Source: Candidatus Magasanikiibacteriota bacterium (lineage in GTDB: Bacteria > Patescibacteriota > Patescibacteriia > Magasanikbacterales > GWA2-37-8). From it: DNA of 64,000 nucleotides. Made by a program: the position numbers and the translations under genes. Numbering within the stretch: the stretch's first letter is position 1; each line of letters begins with the position of its first letter. Positions 37,203 to 47,925 of the stretch are shown in pieces. Below the pieces are notes generated by a model, which had not been told where the DNA came from, made no database searches, and saw only the letters and a program-made list of their open reading frames with translations. The stretch spans positions 28,648 through 92,647 of the forward strand of contig JAHFHX010000001.1 of NCBI GenBank assembly GCA_023246655.1. Reading direction: 5' to 3'.

Positions 37203-38108
37203 TTAGATACGTTCTATCCAATGGTGGTCAATAGCGACATCTAATTCAAGAAAAATTTTTTTGTTTAACGCCTGCTCGAGTTCGCGGCGGGCGGCACTGC
37301 CGATTTCTTTAATGGCACGCCCGCCAGCACCAATGATCATTTGTTTATATCGTCGTTCGGAGGTAAAAATTGTTGCGGTAATAACGAATACATCCGGTTT
37401 AGCTTCGATGTTCGTTACTTCCACGTGGGTGGAATAAGGCACTTCTTGCCGCAGGGCTAAAAAGATTTTTTCGCGAATAATTTCGGCAACCCACATTTCT
37501 TTATTCATGTTAGTTATCTGTTCCGGTGGGTAGAGGGGTTCGCCGGGCGGGAGTAGTTCAAACACTTTGGCAATGAGTGGCTGAATATGGCGATTTCGCA
37601 GTGCCGAGAGTTCAAAGACATCAGTAAATTCATTAGCCAAAGCTCGGTAATCGTCTCGGTATGATTGTTGAATTTCGGGGACATCACATTTGTTAATAAC
37701 TAAGAGCTTAGGAATAGTAAGTTGACGGAGCAGTGATAAAGTAAAGCGCTCTTCTGGGCCCACTGGTTTTCCCGGGTCAACTACATAGAGCACCAGATCA
37801 ATATCACGAAGTGCTTCAGTAACATTTTCCAGTAGTTTCCCGGTGAGCGGGCGGCGATTCCCTTTAAGAACACCGGGAGTATCAATAAAAACTGCTTGTC
37901 CTTCTGGACGATTCAAAACTCCGTGAATGGCACTGCGCGTGGTCTGTGGTTTATGAGTTACGGCCGCAAGCTTAGTACCGATTAAAGTATTAAGGAGAGT
38001 AGATTTACCCACATTGGAACGGCCAACCAAAGTAATTAAGCCAGATTTTAATGCTTGCTGAGGAAGAGCGTTAGAAGTTTTTTCTGATTTCTTTGTCATA
38101 GTAAACAA
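37203..38108 (-). CDS. era: GTPase Era
   Basis: G1 GRSNVGKSTLLN, G3 DTPG, G4 NKCD, and a C-terminal KH domain. Confidence 0.88.
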   Translation of the reverse strand: MFTMTKKSEKTSNALPQQALKSGLITLVGRSNVGKSTLLNTLIGTKLAAVTHKPQTTRSAIHGVLNRPEGQAVFIDTPGVLKGNRRPLTGKLLENVTEALRDIDLVLYVVDPGKPVGPEERFTLSLLRQLTIPKLLVINKCDVPEIQQSYRDDYRALANEFTDVFELSALRNRHIQPLIAKVFELLPPGEPLYPPEQITNMNKEMWVAEIIREKIFLALRQEVPYSTHVEVTNIEAKPDVFVITATIFTSERRYKQMIIGAGGRAIKEIGSAARRELEQALNKKIFLELDVAIDHHWIERI

Positions 38109-38219
38109 TGTAGTGAATATTCTATATGCGAAAGTTCAATAATGATAATCTTAGATCTTTACCTCTTAGGCAAGGATGTTGTATAATAGTACCCGAAAGC
38201 TAATTGCAAGGCAAGTTTT

Positions 38220-38678
38220 ATGAAAGTGATTTTACTTCAAAAAACCCCTGGGTTGGGGGATGTTGATGATATAAAAGAGGTCGCGGACGGTTATGCGCGT
38301 AATTTTTTGTTTCCTCGGCACCTGGCAGTACAAGCCTCAACCAAAGCTTTGGACCAACGGGAAGCCCATCACCGAAAACAAGCTAAGGAAGCGGAGCGTG
38401 ACTTGCATGAAAGTGAACAATTAGCCGCCAAAATTGATGGTCTAGAAATTGAGCTAGTGGAGAAAGCTACCGAGAAAGGCGTACTCTACGCGGCGGTGAC
38501 ACCTCAGAAGGTGAGCATGGCGCTGCAAAAGATTGGTTTTAGTATTGAGCCAGACCAGATTAAAATGAAACCGATGAAGGAATTAGGTGCTATGGAAGTT
38601 CCCGTCAAATTTGGTCACGGGCTTGAAGTGCAGATTAACCTGACCGTGAATCCGCAAAAAGAAAAACATACAGTATGA
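38220..38678 (+). CDS. rplI: 50S ribosomal protein L9
   Basis: MKVILLQKTPGLGDVDDIKEVADGYARNFLFPRHLA is a typical L9 N-domain. Preceded by a promoter-like TTGTATAAT. Confidence 0.88.
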   Translation: MKVILLQKTPGLGDVDDIKEVADGYARNFLFPRHLAVQASTKALDQREAHHRKQAKEAERDLHESEQLAAKIDGLEIELVEKATEKGVLYAAVTPQKVSMALQKIGFSIEPDQIKMKPMKELGAMEVPVKFGHGLEVQINLTVNPQKEKHTV

Positions 38679-40312
38679 CTAATACTAAATACATTTTTGT
38701 CGTTGGTGGCGTGATGAGCAGCGTTGGAAAAGGGGTAACGGCTTCTTCCATCGGAGCGATTTTGCAGGGCCGTGGGTATAAAGTCACGAATATTAAGTGT
38801 GACATGTACGTTAATATTGATGCGGGGACAATTCGCCCGACTGAGCATGGCGAGGTCTTTATTGGCGAAGACGGCATTGAGGCTGATCAAGACTTGGGTA
38901 ACTACGAACGTTTTACTGGCAACCCCATGAGTTCGCTTAATTACATTACCACGGGCCAGGTGTATCAAGAAGTTATTCGTCGCGAGCGTAATTTAGAATA
39001 CGGAGGTGAGGATGTGGAAGTAGTACCCGATGTACCAAATGAAATTATTCGACGTATTAAAATGGCCGCCAAGAAGAATGAAGCGGAGATTGCCGTTGTT
39101 GAATTTGGTGGTACCGTTGGTGAGTATCAGGTGCTATTATTTTTGGAAGCAGCGCGTATTATGAAAGTAAAACATCAGCGCGATGTTGCTTTTGTGCTCG
39201 TAAGTTATTTACCTTTGCCCAAGCATGTTGGTGAGATGAAAACAAAGCCAACCCAATATGCGGTCCGAACGTTGAACGCGGCCGGAATCATGGCAGATTT
39301 TATTGTTGCGCGCGGTGAGCGTGCTCTTGATAATCGTCGTCGCGATATCCTTGCTAACGTCTGCAATTTACTGGACGGTACCGTGATTGCAGCTCCGGAT
39401 GTTGATTCAATTTACGATGTCCCACTCCAATTTCACGCGCAAAATTTTGATGGCCGCCTTTTGCGGACATTGCATCTTCGGGCGCGCAAGAATGATCTGC
39501 AAGCCTGGAAGACCTTCTCGAAGAAGATTCGTGGACTTAAAAAATCCATGAAAATTGCTATTGTTGGAAAGTATTTTGGTACTGGTGATTTTACGCTCGC
39601 TGACTCCTACATTTCTGTCATTGAAGCAATCAAACATGGCGCCTGGGATCGAGGAGTTAAACCAGAGTTGACTTGGATCGATTCAGAAACCTATGAACAA
39701 ACACCAAATCGATTGCAAGAATTAAGCACATTCGATGCCATTATTGTGCCCGGTGGGTTTGGCACGCGTGGCATTGAAGGCATTATTAGTGCCATTCGTT
39801 TTGTGCGCGAGCACAATATTCCCTATTTAGGGTTGTGCTATGGAATGCAACTCGCTAGTATTGAGTTCGCTCGCACTGTCTTACACCTCGCCGGGGCCAA
39901 TACCGTGGAGTGTGACCCGCAGTCTCCCTATCCAATAATTCATGTTAACCCACAGCAAGCCAAAAATATTCGCGAAAATCGCTATGGGGCGACCATGCGG
40001 CTTGGTGCTTATCGCTGCGTGTTAAAAAAGGGAAGCCAAACACAGAAATTATACAAAGCAGATGAGATCAGCGAACGCCATCGCCATCGTTATGAATTTA
40101 ATAATGAGTATCGCGAACGAATGGAGCAGGCTGGATTCGAAATTGTGGGAGTGAACCCGGAGACAAATTTAGCAGAAATCATTGAGCTAAAAAATCATCC
40201 TTATTTTATCGGCACACAATTTCATCCGGAATTTAAATCTCGACCATTACGACCACACCCACTGTTTGTTGGTCTGGTTGCCGCCGCGTTAGAACAACAA
40301 AAGAAGCGTTAA
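38675..40312 (+). CDS. pyrG: CTP synthase
   Basis: N-terminal KYIFVVGGVMSSVGKGVTASSIGAIL and a glutamine amidotransferase domain (GLCYGMQ, HPEF). ATGA overlap with rplI. Confidence 0.93.
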   Translation: MTNTKYIFVVGGVMSSVGKGVTASSIGAILQGRGYKVTNIKCDMYVNIDAGTIRPTEHGEVFIGEDGIEADQDLGNYERFTGNPMSSLNYITTGQVYQEVIRRERNLEYGGEDVEVVPDVPNEIIRRIKMAAKKNEAEIAVVEFGGTVGEYQVLLFLEAARIMKVKHQRDVAFVLVSYLPLPKHVGEMKTKPTQYAVRTLNAAGIMADFIVARGERALDNRRRDILANVCNLLDGTVIAAPDVDSIYDVPLQFHAQNFDGRLLRTLHLRARKNDLQAWKTFSKKIRGLKKSMKIAIVGKYFGTGDFTLADSYISVIEAIKHGAWDRGVKPELTWIDSETYEQTPNRLQELSTFDAIIVPGGFGTRGIEGIISAIRFVREHNIPYLGLCYGMQLASIEFARTVLHLAGANTVECDPQSPYPIIHVNPQQAKNIRENRYGATMRLGAYRCVLKKGSQTQKLYKADEISERHRHRYEFNNEYRERMEQAGFEIVGVNPETNLAEIIELKNHPYFIGTQFHPEFKSRPLRPHPLFVGLVAAALEQQKKR

Positions 40313-40319
40313 AAAAGTA

Positions 40320-41702
40320 TTATCTACCCGCCATGGCACCAAGGATGGTGATGGTACGAAGCAGAATTGCAAGATCAAGAATTAAACCGCGATGTTTAAG
40401 ATAAAAGAGATCATATTCAAGCTTGTATAAATTTTCGTCAATCGTTCCATAATAAGACTTGTGAAGTTGTGCCCAGCCGGTAAGCCCTGGTTTAATGAGA
40501 TGTCGGAGTGTATAAAAAGGCATGCGGGTCGTTAATTGTTCTACAAACTCTGGTCGCTCTGGTCGGGGGCCAATTATGCTCATATGTCCTTGGAGGATAT
40601 TCAGACATTGTGGAACTTCATCAAGACGAGTCTGACGTAAAAATTTTCCGAATCTGGTAATGCGGGCATCATTGAATTTTGCAAATTGTGGGCCAGCAAC
40701 TTCGGCACTGCCGTCGATTGCTAGGGAGTGCATGGTGCGAAATTTGTAAATGGTAAAAGGTCGACCAGCGCGGCCGATTCTTTTTTGTTTAAAGAGAATT
40801 GGACCAGGGGAAGTTAGTTTGATTATGGTGGCAATGAGTGGAAAAGTTCCAATAAAAAAAAGTGCCATCGCGAGTGCCACGCTATAGTCAAGGAGAATAC
40901 GAAAGCGATCATATACTTTTTTCTGTTGTTCTCGTAGATTCGTAAGAAACCACGCTTCGGAAAAAGTGCTCGTTGGAATTCGTCCGAGGAGTTCTTCATA
41001 AAAACGGCTGAGGTCAAGCACTTCGATTTGACGAAAGAGGTGTTGATAGAGTTCTTGCAAAATGAGGTTATTATTAGCAAATTCCGGTGTGATGATAATG
41101 AGTTGTGGGGGAGGTGTTGTCGGAAGGTTGAGAAGTTCGTGGAGAGTTTTCGCGATCGGAAATTTACTGATGGTAGCGGGCGGCTGAACGGTTATTATTG
41201 GAGAGATTACGCCAATTACATTAAATCCGCGCTGTGGTTCCGTTTGTAACAAGGTAATAAGTTCCACCACCTCTGGTGTAAGCCCAACAAAGACCACGTT
41301 GTTACGCAGCAGGACAGGGGAGAGAAAACGATTATGGAGGTATCGCCAGAGTGCAATAAATCCGAAACCAACCAAGGCAGTGAATAAGAGAATCGTTTTG
41401 GGGGTTAAATACGTTCCCGGATGGAGATAGAAAAAGATAATGCCAATGACGACCCACACGATGCTGATAATGATTAATTTTTGAAAAAGGGGCCAACTGT
41501 TTTTTGCTTGGTTAAGATCGTAGAGACCAGCGATAAATAAAATCAGTCCTGCAATAACAAATAGGGCACTAAATGGAGAAAGTAGGGCCAATAACGTGGC
41601 CGAGGGGAGTTCAAGATGACGTAGCGTTAGGGCACTATAGAGACCAATGTAGAGAAGCACCAAGTCGCCACCCAGGAGAATCAATTGTTTGAGACGATAC
41701 AT
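40320..41702 (-). CDS. undecaprenyl-phosphate sugar phosphotransferase (bacterial sugar transferase, WbaP/EpsL-like)
   Basis: N-terminal TM helices and C-terminal LFKQKRIGRAGRPFTIYKFRTM...SIIGPRPERPEF. Confidence 0.82.
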   Translation of the reverse strand: MYRLKQLILLGGDLVLLYIGLYSALTLRHLELPSATLLALLSPFSALFVIAGLILFIAGLYDLNQAKNSWPLFQKLIIISIVWVVIGIIFFYLHPGTYLTPKTILLFTALVGFGFIALWRYLHNRFLSPVLLRNNVVFVGLTPEVVELITLLQTEPQRGFNVIGVISPIITVQPPATISKFPIAKTLHELLNLPTTPPPQLIIITPEFANNNLILQELYQHLFRQIEVLDLSRFYEELLGRIPTSTFSEAWFLTNLREQQKKVYDRFRILLDYSVALAMALFFIGTFPLIATIIKLTSPGPILFKQKRIGRAGRPFTIYKFRTMHSLAIDGSAEVAGPQFAKFNDARITRFGKFLRQTRLDEVPQCLNILQGHMSIIGPRPERPEFVEQLTTRMPFYTLRHLIKPGLTGWAQLHKSYYGTIDENLYKLEYDLFYLKHRGLILDLAILLRTITILGAMAGR

Positions 41703-41759
41703 AGAGACTGTCTTTCTTTTCCAAAATAAGTTATACTAAAAGACAATGTAATAACAACT

Positions 41760-43745
41760 ATGCTTTCATTTTATCATTCTTTAGCGCAAAAAGCAATACT
41801 CGTACTCTTGTTGGGTGCGGTTTTGTATACGTCTGATGCGGCCTGGGCTCGGGTTCCAACCGATCCAGAGTATGCAGCACAACAGATGATATGGGAACAA
41901 ATTGGTGCTCCCACTGCTTGGGATATCACTACCGGATCAAGTGATGTGGTTGTAGCAGTTATTGATACTGGTGTTGATACTTGGCATGATGATCTTAAGG
42001 GAAATATTTGGACTAATCCTTATGAGATTCCCGATAATGGCCGTGATGATGATCATAACGGTTATATTGATGATCTCCATGGTTGGAATTTTGTAGAAAA
42101 TAATAACGATGTACGTACCTCGGTATTTGAACATGCTGATGATCCTGAGGCGGTTCGTCACGGCACATTGATTGCTGGTCTTATTGGCGCCGAAGGTAAT
42201 AATAACGAGAGCGGAGTAGGACTTAATTGGCGTATTAAGCTTATGCCTATTCGGGCGATTCAGAGCAGTGGTGCAGGTGATTACGCCACCGTCAGTAGGG
42301 CGATAGACTATGCCGTAGCGAATGGCGCTCATATTATTACCATGAGTTTTGTTGGCGACATTAATGATACGGTCCTTAAAGACCATCTTAAGGCTGCCTA
42401 TGATCATGGGGTATTAATTGTCGCCGCCGCTGGTAACCATTCCCGCAATAGTTCTGGTAATCTTAATGATCACCCACTCTATCCAGCCTGTTATGATCAA
42501 GGGGATACTGTTAATTGGTTTTTAACAGTGGGATCAGTGAATACACTAGATCAGTTGAGTAGATTCAGTAATTATGGTACGTGTCTTGATCTCGTGGCAC
42601 CAGGGGAAAATATTTTTAGTACCGAACGTTATGCCCCGCAATTCGGTTATCAAAAAAAATTTAATGGTCCCTGGAAAGGGACATCCTTTTCTGCACCGTT
42701 GGTGGCCGGGGCGGCTGCCCTCCTTAAGTCAATTCATCCAGAATGGGGTCCAGTTGAACTTATCCAAACCCTTCGTAATACCGCTGATCCTATTGAAGCG
42801 CAGAATCTTAGCTTAGCTAGCAGTAGTTTGGGGCGTGGACGGTTAAATATTGGTAAAGCCGTCGCCGTGGCTATGCAGCTTAAGCGGGGTGGGCCGGCTG
42901 GCGGCTATTATTACTTTTTTAATGGACCAGTTATTAATCGTTTGAATTTTACGAGTAGTTCAGTGGAAACAGTAGCTCATGTCGGTGATAACATTATCAA
43001 GAGTGTTGCTATTTATAATCCCAATATAAGTACCAAAACACAGGTGGCAGCGCTCTTAGAGGGAAAACCATTTTATCATGTGCGATTAGTGCGTGATACC
43101 GGTGAATTAATTCAGGATTTTTCCCTTGAACTCAGTATTCGCAAAGACGCCGTGGTGAAGCGTTTAGCGGTAACTACGGCACCGGGGGCTCCTAGTCCCT
43201 TTATCGTGGAGGTTTACTATCCTCAAAAAAAGCAAACGGTATTTAAAGCTTTTGATGTTCGAGGAGAATTAGCGCAGGAGGCTGCTGTCCCTGGCGAAGT
43301 ATCAGGTTGGGCGATTGGGCGTAATAATCCAGAGATTTTGCTTGCTCAACGGGTTGGTAAGAAAACTGAGGTGCGCCGGATCTCGTGGAATGGTGGCGCA
43401 GTGCAATCATGGAAAATAAGCGAAGATAGTGCAGCACGAATTGAAGCTGTCCGGGTCGGACAAGTGCTACCGGGAAAAAATGAGCAGGGAATAATTTTGT
43501 TGCGCCGCGGCCGACGCGTGGAACAACTCATCCTAGAGACTAATATAGGAACGATTACTACACGGCTCATAGATGTTACCGCCGATCCAGCACCATGGCG
43601 TCTTTTGTTAGCGCAATCAACTGCTACCGATAGCATGCTTATTTTTCCGTTTACTACTGGTGGGGGCATTTTTAGGCTCGCAACCGGGGCGGGGGAACCA
43701 GTGGCTGAAATTAAACTTCCGCGCCTTAACGGGCTAACCAATTGA
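41760..43745 (+). CDS. secreted S8 family serine peptidase (subtilase)
   Basis: Signal peptide plus catalytic triad motifs VAVIDTGVDTWHDDL (Asp), HGTLIAGLIGA (His) and GTSFSAPLVAGAAALL (Ser). Confidence 0.85.
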   Translation: MLSFYHSLAQKAILVLLLGAVLYTSDAAWARVPTDPEYAAQQMIWEQIGAPTAWDITTGSSDVVVAVIDTGVDTWHDDLKGNIWTNPYEIPDNGRDDDHNGYIDDLHGWNFVENNNDVRTSVFEHADDPEAVRHGTLIAGLIGAEGNNNESGVGLNWRIKLMPIRAIQSSGAGDYATVSRAIDYAVANGAHIITMSFVGDINDTVLKDHLKAAYDHGVLIVAAAGNHSRNSSGNLNDHPLYPACYDQGDTVNWFLTVGSVNTLDQLSRFSNYGTCLDLVAPGENIFSTERYAPQFGYQKKFNGPWKGTSFSAPLVAGAAALLKSIHPEWGPVELIQTLRNTADPIEAQNLSLASSSLGRGRLNIGKAVAVAMQLKRGGPAGGYYYFFNGPVINRLNFTSSSVETVAHVGDNIIKSVAIYNPNISTKTQVAALLEGKPFYHVRLVRDTGELIQDFSLELSIRKDAVVKRLAVTTAPGAPSPFIVEVYYPQKKQTVFKAFDVRGELAQEAAVPGEVSGWAIGRNNPEILLAQRVGKKTEVRRISWNGGAVQSWKISEDSAARIEAVRVGQVLPGKNEQGIILLRRGRRVEQLILETNIGTITTRLIDVTADPAPWRLLLAQSTATDSMLIFPFTTGGGIFRLATGAGEPVAEIKLPRLNGLTN

Positions 43746-43805
43746 CCCTGTTAGCAGAACCATGATACTATAAGGTCATGATTGTTTTTAGTATTTAGTC
43801 TTCTT

Positions 43806-44837
43806 ATGGAATCTCCTATTTTTGAGAAAAAAAATGTCTTGGTAATTGGTGGCGCTGGATTTATTGGTTCTCACTTGTGTGAGCGTCTTTTGAAAGACGC
43901 AAATGTTATTTGTATTGATAATTTCTCTAATTCTCGTCCTGATAATATCAACCACCTCCTTCAGTATGCCGATTTTGAGTTTATTAATCACGATATTAAT
44001 CAGCCCTTAAATGTAGAGCAGTTTGATGAACTCGATAAATTTAAGGTTAAATTTCAAGGTATCCAGGAAATATATCACTTGGCCTGCCCTACGAGTCCTA
44101 AAGATTTTGAAAAAAATAAAATTTTGACTCTGTTGGCTAATTCTGGGGCTATGATTAATACCTTAGAATTAGCGGTGCAATATCGCGCTAAATATATTTT
44201 TACATCAAGTGCGGTTGTTTATGGTGATCAGGCGGATACCACCCGCCCGCTTAAAGAAACAAATTTTGGGCCAGTGAATCAATTATCACCCCGGGCTTGT
44301 TTTGATGAAGGGAAGCGTTTTGCTGAGACGTGTGTTGCCACCTATGCACAGACGCAAGGAATCGATGCCAAGATTGCTCGTGTTTTTACAACCTACGGAC
44401 CACATATGCGATTATTTGAGCAACAGTTGATTCCTGATTTTATTATTAACGCTTTGGAAGGACGAGATTTAATGGTATATGGTGATGAAAATTTTTCAAC
44501 TACCTTGTGTTATGTCACTGATATGGTTGATGGCTTAGTTCGTCTTATGGGGAGTGGTCCTGAAGTTAAGGTCGTTAATGTCGGCGGCGATCACGTTATT
44601 AAATATACCGAAGTTGCCCAAATGATTTTGGATATTACCAGTTCGAGTTCTGCAATTCGTTTTGAACAACCATTATTATTTTTAACCAAAAAAGGAGCAC
44701 CCGACCTTAGCTATGCCAAAGAAGTGCTCGGTTGGTTGCCGCTTGTTCGTTTGGAAGATGGATTACGCAAAACTATTGATTATGTCATTTCTCATAAAGA
44801 AGAGCTTCTGTTTGGAAATAGTGGCGCTTCACGCTAG
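43806..44837 (+). CDS. NAD-dependent epimerase/dehydratase, UDP-glucuronate decarboxylase (UXS)-like
   Basis: VLVIGGAGFIGSHLCERLL Rossmann motif. YGPHMR resembles the UXS YGPRM region. Confidence 0.75.
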   Translation: MESPIFEKKNVLVIGGAGFIGSHLCERLLKDANVICIDNFSNSRPDNINHLLQYADFEFINHDINQPLNVEQFDELDKFKVKFQGIQEIYHLACPTSPKDFEKNKILTLLANSGAMINTLELAVQYRAKYIFTSSAVVYGDQADTTRPLKETNFGPVNQLSPRACFDEGKRFAETCVATYAQTQGIDAKIARVFTTYGPHMRLFEQQLIPDFIINALEGRDLMVYGDENFSTTLCYVTDMVDGLVRLMGSGPEVKVVNVGGDHVIKYTEVAQMILDITSSSSAIRFEQPLLFLTKKGAPDLSYAKEVLGWLPLVRLEDGLRKTIDYVISHKEELLFGNSGASR

Positions 44838-44846
44838 TACTACAAT

Positions 44847-45509
44847 ATGGTCTTTATAATCGTTCCTGCTTATAATGAAGAGGAAGCAATAGGTCGCGTT
44901 GTCCGCGACCTTTTTCAACAGGGTTTTCAGAATGTTGTTGTGATTGATGACGGTTCCATAGATGAGACAGGGGCCTTAGCCCGCTCAGCAGGCGCAACTG
45001 TTCTACGTCATTCTATTAATCGTGGACAAGGGGCTGCGCTGCAAACTGGTAATCAATATGCACTTGAGAGCGGGGCAGAAATTGTAGTACATTTTGATGG
45101 CGACGGGCAGTTGAATGCAAAAGATATTGCCCTAGCAATTAATCGTCTTAATACAGAAAAGCTTGATATTATTCTCGGTTCGCGTTTTTTAGATAGCCGC
45201 ACTCATATGCCCTGGTCTAAACGCCATATTCTTTTGCCCATAAGCCGTTGGATAAATTTTGTATTCACCGGATTACAACTATCCGATGTGCATAATGGTT
45301 TTAGAATACTGAGCCGATCAGCCCTCAAAGCAATTGTTATTACCCAAGATGGTATGGCTCATAATACCGAAATTGTAGCACAGATTAAGATTCATAATCT
45401 TACATTTGCCGAGCACCCAGTTGAAGTTCGTTATTATGAATATGGGCAGGGGGTTCGGGGCGGACTTAAAATACTGAGTGATTTTTTGTTTGGTCATTTT
45501 GTAAATTAA
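44847..45509 (+). CDS. family 2 glycosyltransferase (polyprenyl-phosphate sugar synthase-like)
   Basis: MVFIIVPAYNEEEAIGRVV, a DDGSID-type DXD motif, and LGSRF. Confidence 0.8.
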   Translation: MVFIIVPAYNEEEAIGRVVRDLFQQGFQNVVVIDDGSIDETGALARSAGATVLRHSINRGQGAALQTGNQYALESGAEIVVHFDGDGQLNAKDIALAINRLNTEKLDIILGSRFLDSRTHMPWSKRHILLPISRWINFVFTGLQLSDVHNGFRILSRSALKAIVITQDGMAHNTEIVAQIKIHNLTFAEHPVEVRYYEYGQGVRGGLKILSDFLFGHFVN

Positions 45510-45516
45510 AATTTCT

Positions 45517-45864
45517 ATGACGCTCATTCAAGTCATACTGATTATTTTCTTTCTTTTTGCTTCCTTTAAAGTGCTCGGGCGATGGCGGACAGGGGAGCTC
45601 TCCGGCGGGGTGGTAGTTATGTGGCTATTATTTTGGATCGTGGCCACGATTGTGGCACTGATTCCCGATATTACCTTTCGCGTAGCGCATCTGGTAGGAA
45701 TTGGTCGGGGGGCAGATTTGGTAGTATATCTGTCGCTCGCGATACTATTTTTTATGGTTTTTCGTCTCATGGTAAAAGTTGAACGAATCAATCGTGATAT
45801 TACTAAGTTGACACGCCAATTAGCTTTAATGCAGCCTGATGGAAAAAGAGAAATTAATTTATGA
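45517..45864 (+). CDS. DUF2304-like small membrane protein
   Basis: Three-TM ~115-aa protein directly after a GT2 gene, which is the common arrangement for this family. Confidence 0.55.
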   Translation: MTLIQVILIIFFLFASFKVLGRWRTGELSGGVVVMWLLFWIVATIVALIPDITFRVAHLVGIGRGADLVVYLSLAILFFMVFRLMVKVERINRDITKLTRQLALMQPDGKREINL

Positions 45865-47003
45865 AGATTGCTCACGTTATTGCTACATTTCCACCTCATA
45901 TTGGCGGGATGGGTAACGTTGCTTTTCATGAGTGTAATGAATTGGTTCAGCACGGCCACCAGGTGACTGTTTTTACCCTACACTATGGTAGTTTGGAAAA
46001 TCATGATGACGCACTGCCGTTTAAAGTGGTACGATTAAAGCCATTCATTAGGGCTGGGGATGCGGGTTGGATTCCCCAACTATTCAATCGTCTCAAAAAT
46101 TTTGATCTCGTCCACCTGCATTATCCTTTTTATGGTGGGGCCGAGTGGATCTGGTTAGCACACAAGTTGTATAATCAGAAATACCTGGTGACGTATCACA
46201 TGGAGGCACATCCCCGTGGTGTGGTGAAAAGGCTTATCCATTTTTTTTATAACTTATTTTTAACAAAAATAATTCTTCGTGGCGCCAAGAAGATTCTAGT
46301 TGTTGATAAGGATTATTTTTTTAAAAATCCACATGGTGGGGTTGTCCCCTTCCAGAACATAATAGAATTACCCAACGCCGTAAATACCAATGTTTTTCAG
46401 CCGCGCGCGGTAACCGTGAATGACTGTGGTTGGTTAGAGTGGGAGAACAAAAAAATAGTGTTGTTTGTTGGTAACCTCATGCCCGTGAAGCGGCTCGATT
46501 TATTATTGCAAACATTCAGCCAACTAAAAGATGATGTGGTTTTGGTGGTGGTCGGTGGAGGTTATGAAGAAGCCAAATACAAAAAAATGGTAGTGGATCT
46601 GGAGCTCGGTTCCCGCGTTAAATTCGTCGGACGCTGTTTTGATCAAATCCAGCTAGCTCGCTATTATAATATAGCAACTGCCGTTGTGGTGCCTTCAGAC
46701 GCTGAATCGTTTTCCCTCGTCGTCGTCGAAGCGTTAAGCTCCGGTTGCCCGGTCGTGGCGAGCGATATCCCTGGCATTCGTAGCCGCATCGTAGATGGTC
46801 GCGATGGGTATCTTTTTCAGTCAGGCTCCAGTAATGATCTCAAGGAAAAATTAGAGAAAGTTTTATTGCTATCTCCCGAACAACGAAACGCTATGGGGGA
46901 ACGGGGAAGGGCCAAGATGAAGGCGGCATATGGAATCGAAGAACATATAAAAAAGTTAGAAGAAATATATCAAGGAATAGTGACAAGTAAGTCCGATAAT
47001 TAA
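45861..47003 (+). CDS. family 4 (GT-B) glycosyltransferase
   Basis: The C-terminal EX7E region ESFSLVVVEALSSGCPVVASDIPG. Confidence 0.8.
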   Translation: MKIAHVIATFPPHIGGMGNVAFHECNELVQHGHQVTVFTLHYGSLENHDDALPFKVVRLKPFIRAGDAGWIPQLFNRLKNFDLVHLHYPFYGGAEWIWLAHKLYNQKYLVTYHMEAHPRGVVKRLIHFFYNLFLTKIILRGAKKILVVDKDYFFKNPHGGVVPFQNIIELPNAVNTNVFQPRAVTVNDCGWLEWENKKIVLFVGNLMPVKRLDLLLQTFSQLKDDVVLVVVGGGYEEAKYKKMVVDLELGSRVKFVGRCFDQIQLARYYNIATAVVVPSDAESFSLVVVEALSSGCPVVASDIPGIRSRIVDGRDGYLFQSGSSNDLKEKLEKVLLLSPEQRNAMGERGRAKMKAAYGIEEHIKKLEEIYQGIVTSKSDN

Positions 47004-47060
47004 ACCGTTAAACGGTCAAATTACTTTTCACGAGTGAGCAACAATGTAATAATATAACAT

Positions 47061-47897
47061 TTGAATAATTTTACAATGTCCTTCAGCTACGAACAATCTA
47101 TTTGGGGAAAAGGGAAAGCGAGTTTACAGTGGTCGAGTCCCACCAGTTTTCGTCTCCGGCAGGCTTGTGAGGCGATCGCTTCGCTTAAAGCGGGAGCAAA
47201 AGTTTTAGAAATTGGCTGTGGAGCCGGGCAGTTTATTCGAGCTATACAAAAAATTCATCCGGAATTTGAATGTTATGGTGTTGATATCAGTCGGCAGGCA
47301 ATTGAGTTTGCCAAGACAAACAATGATGGGGTGACGTATGCTCTTAATGAGCCGTACCAATTCTCCTATGAGGACGCCACGTTTGATGCAGTTCTTATTT
47401 TTGATGTTTTAGAACATGTTGCTGATCCCGGTAAGCTCCTCACTGAAGTGCGGCGCGTGCTTAAAAATAACGGCATTTTGTATGCCTTTGTTCCTTGTGA
47501 GGGCGATTGGTTGTCGCTGTGGCAGATGCTTGACACAGTACATCTGAAAAGAGACCTTACTCAAAAGTACGCCGGTCATATTCAGTTTTTTTCCAGAAAA
47601 CAACTACAAAATTTATTTATTCAAAAAAAATTTGAAATTAGTAAATTACGTTATAGCGAACACCTTCTCGGGCAATTCCTGGGTGTGGTTGTATTTAGTT
47701 TGATGGATCGTGCTGCTCATCAGCAGGGAATTAAACAGCTCAATAACGAAACTTATTTTGAAAAACAATCACCACGTCGCTTCGTAAAAGTAATCAAAAA
47801 TATTGTGAATAGTCTCGTATATCTGGAATCTACGTTGTTCTCGCGTCTGCCATCACCAAATGTACATCTGGTGGCGAGGAAGTCAGCATCCACATAA
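47061..47897 (+). CDS. class I SAM-dependent methyltransferase
   Basis: Motif I VLEIGCGAGQF and motif II/post-I DAVLIFDVLEHVADP. Confidence 0.8.
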   Translation: MNNFTMSFSYEQSIWGKGKASLQWSSPTSFRLRQACEAIASLKAGAKVLEIGCGAGQFIRAIQKIHPEFECYGVDISRQAIEFAKTNNDGVTYALNEPYQFSYEDATFDAVLIFDVLEHVADPGKLLTEVRRVLKNNGILYAFVPCEGDWLSLWQMLDTVHLKRDLTQKYAGHIQFFSRKQLQNLFIQKKFEISKLRYSEHLLGQFLGVVVFSLMDRAAHQQGIKQLNNETYFEKQSPRRFVKVIKNIVNSLVYLESTLFSRLPSPNVHLVARKSAST

Positions 47898-47925
47898 TCC
47901 TCACAAAATCTGCATAATCTGTGTT